64,000 nucleotides of DNA, taken from positions 15,244 to 79,243 of the forward strand of contig JAYRXX010000073.1 in assembly GCA_041917295.1 (NCBI GenBank). The letters run 5' to 3'. Position numbers and translations under genes: made by a program. The notes beneath the pieces were generated by a model that was given only the letters and a program-made list of their open reading frames with translations, ran no database searches and had not been told where the DNA came from. Shown here one piece after another: positions 56,306-64,000 of the stretch (within the stretch, counting starts at the first letter, position 1; each line of letters begins with the position of its first letter). Origin of the DNA: Elusimicrobiota bacterium. GTDB lineage: Bacteria; Elusimicrobiota; Elusimicrobia; FEN-1173.

Positions 56306-57619
56306 ATGCGCCCCGCGGGTTACATCGGAATCCTGGCTCTGTGGGTTGTTTTGGCCCCCGCCGCGGGGTGGGCCAAAAAAGCCCCTCCCAAACCCCTGCC
56401 CATCAAACTCACCGCCGAGATCGCCAATAGGTTCAACTGGGATTTCAAAAAAGAGGACGTGTGGGAAGACACCTCAGAAACCACACTCGACATGACCGCG
56501 CAACTCAAATATTTGCCCAATCCGGTGGTCCAGGTCGTGGCGGGAGAATGGATCGTGGACGGCAAAATCCGCCCTTACAACAATTACCTCAACCTGGCGT
56601 TCAACCACGTCAACCTTCGGCTGGGAAACCAGATTGTCCGGTGGGGCAAAGCCGACGAAATCAGTCCTCTCGACGTGGTTAATCCGGAAGATTTAACCCG
56701 CGGTTTCACCCGCCCCCGGGCGGATCGGAAAATTCCCACGCCCATAGCCAATATGGAATTTCTAACGGACGTGGTCTCCCTTCAAGGGATTTACATTCCC
56801 TTTTTTGAACCCTCCGAATTTCACTACACCGACGACGATTGGGCCATGTTCGGCCATCTCGACAAAACCGCGCCGACGTTTACCGTGAGCGAGGAGCTCC
56901 CCCCCCAAACATTGCGGGACGCGGGTTACGGCGGTCGATTGACCGCCGCCATCGGGCGCGTGGATGTGGCCTTTGTTTACCTCAACCACCGGCGGAACAT
57001 TCCGTCCATGAAACCATACCAATTCTCACCAACAAATCCACCGCCTCCCGGGGATTCCAACTCATTTGAAGGTCCTCCCGGCCTGGTCGCCGTATCGACG
57101 TTCTCAGGCATTATGCCCCAGTTCCATTATCTGCGGGAAGAATTATACGGACTGGAATTTGAAACCACGGTGGGAAGCGTGGGCCTGCGCGGCGACGCCA
57201 GTTACGTGTCCAGCCAGAGCTTTATTACCTCCACGCTTCAAGAACAACGCAGGCCCGTGATCACCGGCGTTCTGGGATTCGACTACAACGGGCCCAACAA
57301 TTTTTACATCAACTGTTCGGCCAGCCACGCCCAAATCCAAGAATACGACGAGAGCCTAAAACCCAACGACAAGTCCACCTCGTCCATGAGCGGCAACGTG
57401 TCGCTGGAACTGCTGAGCGGGAACATCAAACTAAGTTATTTGGGAATTCTTAATCTCACCGACAACAGTTTTTTCCACAACCCCAAGGTTAACCTCAACT
57501 TTATCCCGAACGTGGGTCTCGAAGCCGGCGTGGACATCTACGGCGGGTCGCCATCCACCCAAATCGGATTTTTCGACGGCAACGACCAAGGCTACCTCTC
57601 CCTCAGCTACTTTTTTTAA
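56306..57619 (+). CDS. Outer-membrane beta-barrel protein (DUF1302-like) ending in a C-terminal aromatic residue
   Basis: Signal peptide IGILALWVVLAPAAGWA. About 410-aa beta-strand-rich region terminating in ...LSLSYFF. Adjacent to the LolA-like gene, as in DUF1329/DUF1302 pairs. Confidence 0.55.
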   Translation: MRPAGYIGILALWVVLAPAAGWAKKAPPKPLPIKLTAEIANRFNWDFKKEDVWEDTSETTLDMTAQLKYLPNPVVQVVAGEWIVDGKIRPYNNYLNLAFNHVNLRLGNQIVRWGKADEISPLDVVNPEDLTRGFTRPRADRKIPTPIANMEFLTDVVSLQGIYIPFFEPSEFHYTDDDWAMFGHLDKTAPTFTVSEELPPQTLRDAGYGGRLTAAIGRVDVAFVYLNHRRNIPSMKPYQFSPTNPPPPGDSNSFEGPPGLVAVSTFSGIMPQFHYLREELYGLEFETTVGSVGLRGDASYVSSQSFITSTLQEQRRPVITGVLGFDYNGPNNFYINCSASHAQIQEYDESLKPNDKSTSSMSGNVSLELLSGNIKLSYLGILNLTDNSFFHNPKVNLNFIPNVGLEAGVDIYGGSPSTQIGFFDGNDQGYLSLSYFF

Positions 57620-57680
57620 CGACAAAGGGCGGGAGGCCGATCGGCGTCCCGCCCTTTGAACAAATATCTTTCAACCGGAA

Positions 57681-60014
<2,334 letters not shown>

Positions 60015-60127
60015 AAGTTCATTTCCTCCTAACGAGTGTATGGAAAAATGGGCCGGCGAACTTCGGGCACACGCGGATTCTAGCCTACCCGGAAAAGACG
60101 GTCAAGCGGTCCGACCCTTCCCGGGGG

Positions 60128-61546
60128 TCAATCCAGCTCAAATACCTCGCTAAACCGTGGCGTGACAACGCGGGTAATCCCGTCCCCTTTCAAGCGTTCT
60201 TTTAGGGCGTCCCGTTGGGTTTGGTCGCCGTGGACAAGAAACGTTTGGGCGGGGCGCGGCGAAAGACTGCGGATGAACCAACTCAAATCTTCCTGATCGG
60301 CGTGAGACGACAAATGGGTCAACACCTGGACCTCAGCGGCCACGTCGTGGTTGAGCCCGAAAATTTTCACTTTGCGGTTTCCTTCCACCAACCGCCGCCC
60401 CAACGTGCCGGTGGCCTGGTGCCCGACAATTAAGATCGTCGTGTGCGAAAACCCGATCAGATTGCGAAGGTGGTGCAAAATCCGCCCGCCCTCGCACATG
60501 CCCGACCCGGCCATAATGATTTTTCGCCCCGGGGTGTTCATCAGCCGTTTCGAGTCTTCCACCGTACGAACGTATCGGATGGTTCCCAACCCGAACGGGT
60601 CTCCGTCTTTTACCGCGAAATCGCGGAATTCTTTGGACAAACTAAGATGGTTTAAATTCTTTTGGAAGATTTCGGTGATGTCGGCGGCCATGGGGCTGTC
60701 GACGTAAATATGAATGGGTTGAATCCGTTTTTGGCGCAACAACTTTTCTAAAATATAAACCAGTTCCTGGGTCCGTTCCAAGGCAAAGCTGGGGATCAAA
60801 ATGGGCCCGGCCTCTTTTTCCGACCGGTTGATCACGTTGGCCAGGAACGATTCGGCTTCGTGTACCGGCGGGTGAACGCGGCCCCCGTAGGTGGTTTCGA
60901 TCAGAAGGTAATCCACATGGGCCGGGATTTTTGGCGGATCCATCAAAATGCTTTCGCGCCGCCCCAGGTCGCCGGTGAAAAGAACGTGGCGTTTGCGCTT
61001 GAGCGTTTTGATCCCCAAATGGACCATGGCCGACCCCAACACATGGCCCGCGTTGTAAAAGGTCCCTTCCACGCCGTTAACAACCGGGAAAGGGTCGTCA
61101 TAGGAGTGGACGTGCAAGGCGTGCAGAGTTCGTTCCACATCTTCTTGGTCGTAAAGAGGGTCGATGTGAAGCCCTTCGGCGGCGTGGATCTTGTTGAAAA
61201 ACTTGGCGTCTTCTTCCTGTAAAATGGCCGAATCCATCAACATGATGCGCAACAAGTCGGCGGTGGGAGCCGTGCAATGGATGGGCCCTTCGTATCCTTC
61301 TTTCACCAACAGGGGCAACCCCCCGGAATGGTCAATGTGCGCGTGGGACAACAACACCGAAGAGATGGAAGAAGGCTCGGCGGGAAACGACCGCGTTTTC
61401 GTGAGAGCTTCCTGGCGGTGGCCCTGGTACAGCCCGCAATCCAGGAGAATTTTTGACGGGCCGTATTCCACCAAATGGCGAGACCCGGTGACTTCGTCGG
61501 CCCCGCCGTGAAATCGAATGGAAAAAGTATGCGGTTCGTGTTCCAT
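60128..61546 (-). CDS. Metallo-beta-lactamase / beta-CASP family RNA-metabolising hydrolase (CPSF/RNase-J-like)
   Basis: HAHIDHSG MBL motif and the beta-CASP motifs. Start at MEHEPHTF (61546), directly after the upstream stop. Confidence 0.8.
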   Translation of the reverse strand: MEHEPHTFSIRFHGGADEVTGSRHLVEYGPSKILLDCGLYQGHRQEALTKTRSFPAEPSSISSVLLSHAHIDHSGGLPLLVKEGYEGPIHCTAPTADLLRIMLMDSAILQEEDAKFFNKIHAAEGLHIDPLYDQEDVERTLHALHVHSYDDPFPVVNGVEGTFYNAGHVLGSAMVHLGIKTLKRKRHVLFTGDLGRRESILMDPPKIPAHVDYLLIETTYGGRVHPPVHEAESFLANVINRSEKEAGPILIPSFALERTQELVYILEKLLRQKRIQPIHIYVDSPMAADITEIFQKNLNHLSLSKEFRDFAVKDGDPFGLGTIRYVRTVEDSKRLMNTPGRKIIMAGSGMCEGGRILHHLRNLIGFSHTTILIVGHQATGTLGRRLVEGNRKVKIFGLNHDVAAEVQVLTHLSSHADQEDLSWFIRSLSPRPAQTFLVHGDQTQRDALKERLKGDGITRVVTPRFSEVFELD

Positions 61547-61548
61547 GA

Positions 61549-62751
61549 TCAATCCGCCATCGCGCGGCCAGCCAACCAGCCGGTGGTCCACGCGCTTTGA
61601 AAGTTAAACCCGCCGGTTAACCCGTCCACATCCAACACTTCTCCCGCAAAGAATAATTTTGGACACAGTCGGCTTTCCATGGTGGAAAAGTTTACTTCAT
61701 TTAAGGCCACGCCGCCTGCCGTAACAAACTCTTCTTTAAAAGTCCCTTTGCCCACCACCGCGAAATCGCCCCGGGTAAGCTGAGCCGCCAAGCGGCCTTG
61801 CTCGGCCGAAGACGCGTCCGCCCATCGTCGGTGCGGGTCCGAGACCGCGGCCGCGACCAGCCGTTCCCACAACCGGCGCGGAACCTCAAACGCTGGCCGA
61901 ACTCGCACTTCTTGCCGGGGAAACAACGCTTTCGTTTCTTTGATCCGTTTGAGCGCGTCAGGTTCGGAAAGTCCCACCCAATTGATGCGCAGGTCGGCCT
62001 TGTATCGTTTCTCATGAAGGACCCGCGCCGCCCAGGCGGACAGTTTCAACACCGCCGGCCCGCTCAAGCCCTGGTGAGTAATGATCATCGGCCCGGAAGA
62101 ACGCAAACCGCCGTTGGCCAGAACCAGGTCCGCGTGGGGCACCGAAACCCCCGCCAACCCTTTTAGTCGCGGATCGGGAACCGAAAAAGTGAATAAGGAG
62201 GGGACCGGAGGCACGAGGGTGTGCCCCAAGGCCTGGGCCCACGCGTGCCCTTGGGTTCCGCTCCCGGTGGCGAGCAATAACCGATCGGCCCGCAGGGCTT
62301 CGCCCTGGTTGACGAAAAATCCATCGGCTCTCTTTTCGATCGTCAAATTAGACACACCCACGCGCACATTCACCCCCGCTGTTCGGGCGGATCGAACCAA
62401 CGCGTCGATGATGGTTTGGGATTGGTCGGTGACGGGGAACACCCGGCCATCGGACTCTGTTTTAAGATCCACGCCTCGGTCCTGAAACCAAGCCATGGTG
62501 TCCCTCGGTTGGAAGTGGTGGAACGGCCCCAACAGTTCCCGCCCGCCGCGGGGATAGTGTTGGACCAATTGTTTGGGATCAAAACACGCGTGGGTGACGT
62601 TGCACCGTCCGCCCCCGGAAATTTTGACTTTCGCCAACACGGTCGCGCCGCGTTCCAACAGCGTGACCGAAGCCCCGGCCTCCGCCGCCGTGATCGCGGC
62701 AAAAAACCCGGCGGCCCCCCCACCCACGACAAACACGGTTGGCTTGGTCAT
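61549..62751 (-). CDS. HI0933-family (aminoacetone-oxidase-like) NAD(P)/FAD-binding flavoprotein
   Basis: VVGGGAAGFFAAI...KISGGGRCN N-terminus and the full-length HI0933 pattern. Confidence 0.82.
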   Translation of the reverse strand: MTKPTVFVVGGGAAGFFAAITAAEAGASVTLLERGATVLAKVKISGGGRCNVTHACFDPKQLVQHYPRGGRELLGPFHHFQPRDTMAWFQDRGVDLKTESDGRVFPVTDQSQTIIDALVRSARTAGVNVRVGVSNLTIEKRADGFFVNQGEALRADRLLLATGSGTQGHAWAQALGHTLVPPVPSLFTFSVPDPRLKGLAGVSVPHADLVLANGGLRSSGPMIITHQGLSGPAVLKLSAWAARVLHEKRYKADLRINWVGLSEPDALKRIKETKALFPRQEVRVRPAFEVPRRLWERLVAAAVSDPHRRWADASSAEQGRLAAQLTRGDFAVVGKGTFKEEFVTAGGVALNEVNFSTMESRLCPKLFFAGEVLDVDGLTGGFNFQSAWTTGWLAGRAMAD

Positions 62752-62800
62752 GCGGTTAAAACAAGGACGGCCATTGAATCATAGGGGTAAAATAGACACC

Positions 62801-62832
62801 AAAAAACCCCTTCAACCCGTTGGGTGAAGGGG
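62801..62832 (-). terminator. Rho-independent terminator downstream of the P-type ATPase gene
   Basis: On the minus strand: ccccttcaccc-aacg-ggttgaagggg followed by tttttt. Confidence 0.6.
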
Positions 62833-63007
62833 CAATAAAATACTCCCCGGGCTGGACCGTATTAAGAACTTTTACTCTACCATTTGAGATACCGCCTCGT
62901 AAGCCAAACCGCCAAAATAGCCCTTTAAAACGGGTCCCTGCTTCCGATTTTGGGAAGAATACCGTCCAATGTGTGGCATGATGTCAGGGAACTGGTGCTT
63001 TTTTTGT

Positions 63008-64000
63008 TCATAAATCGGTATGGCGTAGCCGCAAAGCGTTGGCAATCACCGAGACAGAACTGAAGGTCATGGCGGCGGCCGCGATCATAGGGCTCAATAG
63101 GAGGCCGAAGAACGGATAAAGAACCCCAGCGGCCACGGGGACGCCCAGGACGTTGTAGATGAAAGCGAAGAACAGGTTTTGCCGGATGTTCCTCATGACG
63201 GAGCGGCTGAGGCGGCGAGCGCGAACGATGCCGCGGAGGTCCCCTTTAACGAGAGTGATGTCGGCGCTTTGGATGGCGACGTCTGTGCCTGTGCCCATGG
63301 CAATGCCGACATGAGCCTGGGCGAGGGCGGGGGCGTCGTTGATGCCGTCGCCCGCCATGGCGACGACGCGACCCTGGGACTGGAGGTCCTTGATGACTTG
63401 GGCTTTCTGGTCGGGGAGGACCTCGGCCCGCACGTCGTCGATGCCGAGCTTGCGGGCGATGGTCTCGGCTGTGGCACGGTTGTCGCCGGTGAGCATAATG
63501 AGATGGAGGCCTTCCGCGTGCAGGAGACGAAGAGCTTCCGGCGTGGACGCCTTCACGACGTCGGCCACGCCGAGGAGACCGGCCGGGCGGCTATCCACGG
63601 CGACGAAGATAACCGTCTGGCCGTCCCGGCTCAGGGGCTCGGCCCGTTCGGCCAGAGGACCCGTGTTCATTCCCCCAAGCATCCCCAAGTTGCCGATGAC
63701 GACTTGGCGGCCCTCGATATTCCCGGTGACGCCCTGTCCGGTGACGGATTGGAAGCCCGCCACCTTGCCAAGGGGGATATTTCTTTCCTGTGCACCCGCC
63801 ACGACGGCGGCGGCCAAGGGGTGCTCGCTGGCTTGCTCCAGCGAGGCGGCCCAACGGAGGAGGTCCGATTCAGACGTGCCATCCAGGGGCGCCACGGTGA
63901 TGAGACAGGGTTTGCCTTCCGTGAGCGTGCCGGTCTTATCGACAACGAGGGTGTCCACTTTTTCCATGACCTCCAGAGCTTCGGCGTTTTTGATGAGGAC
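63008..64000 (-). CDS. Heavy-metal translocating P-type ATPase (CopA/ZntA type); partial, N-terminus beyond the window end
   Basis: DKTGTLT phosphorylation site, [10 protein letters not shown] hinge, MTGDN. The frame continues past 64000 with no stop. Confidence 0.88.
   Translation of the reverse strand, partial: VLIKNAEALEVMEKVDTLVVDKTGTLTEGKPCLITVAPLDGTSESDLLRWAASLEQASEHPLAAAVVAGAQERNIPLGKVAGFQSVTGQGVTGNIEGRQVVIGNLGMLGGMNTGPLAERAEPLSRDGQTVIFVAVDSRPAGLLGVADVVKASTPEALRLLHAEGLHLIMLTGDNRATAETIARKLGIDDVRAEVLPDQKAQVIKDLQSQGRVVAMAGDGINDAPALAQAHVGIAMGTGTDVAIQSADITLVKGDLRGIVRARRLSRSVMRNIRQNLFFAFIYNVLGVPVAAGVLYPFFGLLLSPMIAAAAMTFSSVSVIANALRLRHTDL

Noticed and set aside
62840-63007. Possible tRNA or small RNA in the 250-nt spacer downstream of the P-type ATPase
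   Set aside because: No cloverleaf-compatible acceptor/T-arm pattern (no GTTCRA T-loop with a matching 7-bp acceptor stem). Only a terminator hairpin is evident.

Overview
This is a high-GC (about 62-65%) bacterial chromosomal window, probably from a Gram-negative organism (LolA-like protein, beta-barrel OMPs, Pst and Gld-type ABC systems). Genes are densely packed and mostly housekeeping. Reading from the start, the minus strand carries a roughly 12 kb co-directional array: yihY (partial), tyrS, thiO-like, mnmA, iscU, nifS, metH and a 968-aa MFS/spermidine-synthase/TPR fusion protein. Next come two tandem bacteriohemerythrin paralogs, glgP and an M23 peptidase. A 1304-aa secreted S8 subtilase with a C-terminal array of fibronectin-III repeats follows, and it sits in a roughly 4 kb lower-GC island (about 42-50% GC) together with a small OMP, a MITE-like inverted-repeat element and an orphan ORF. 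After that there is a complete pstSCA-pstB1-pstB2-phoU operon, mutY, a GldA/F/G-like ABC-2 system, a CheY-like receiver, a gmk-rpoZ-coaC-coaB-udg-priA operon, and cysH-cysQ. A 267-bp element with 35-bp terminal inverted repeats lies upstream of a PAS-GGDEF-EAL protein. The rest of the window holds a saccharopine-dehydrogenase-like gene, two alkaline-phosphatase-superfamily membrane proteins, yajQ, yciH, rfbD, asd, dnaE, a DUF1329/DUF1302-like pair, hppA, a beta-CASP nuclease, an HI0933 flavoprotein and a partial heavy-metal P-type ATPase. I found no rRNA, tRNA or CRISPR. The observations most worth a second look are: (1) coaC and coaB lie in one continuous reading frame interrupted by a single TAA; (2) pstB1 and pstB2 carry complementary degenerate motifs, as expected for an asymmetric NBD heterodimer; (3) two different MITE-like inverted-repeat elements, one with a third solo copy 27 kb away, plus a roughly 160-nt concentric palindrome between pstB2 and phoU; (4) three near-consensus sigma70-like promoters abutting ATG codons with no Shine-Dalgarno, which suggests leaderless mRNAs; (5) the compositional mosaic in and around the S8 subtilase; and (6) a small lysine-rich protein with an internal tandem repeat. 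I could not confirm any clearly undescribed multi-gene system from sequence alone.
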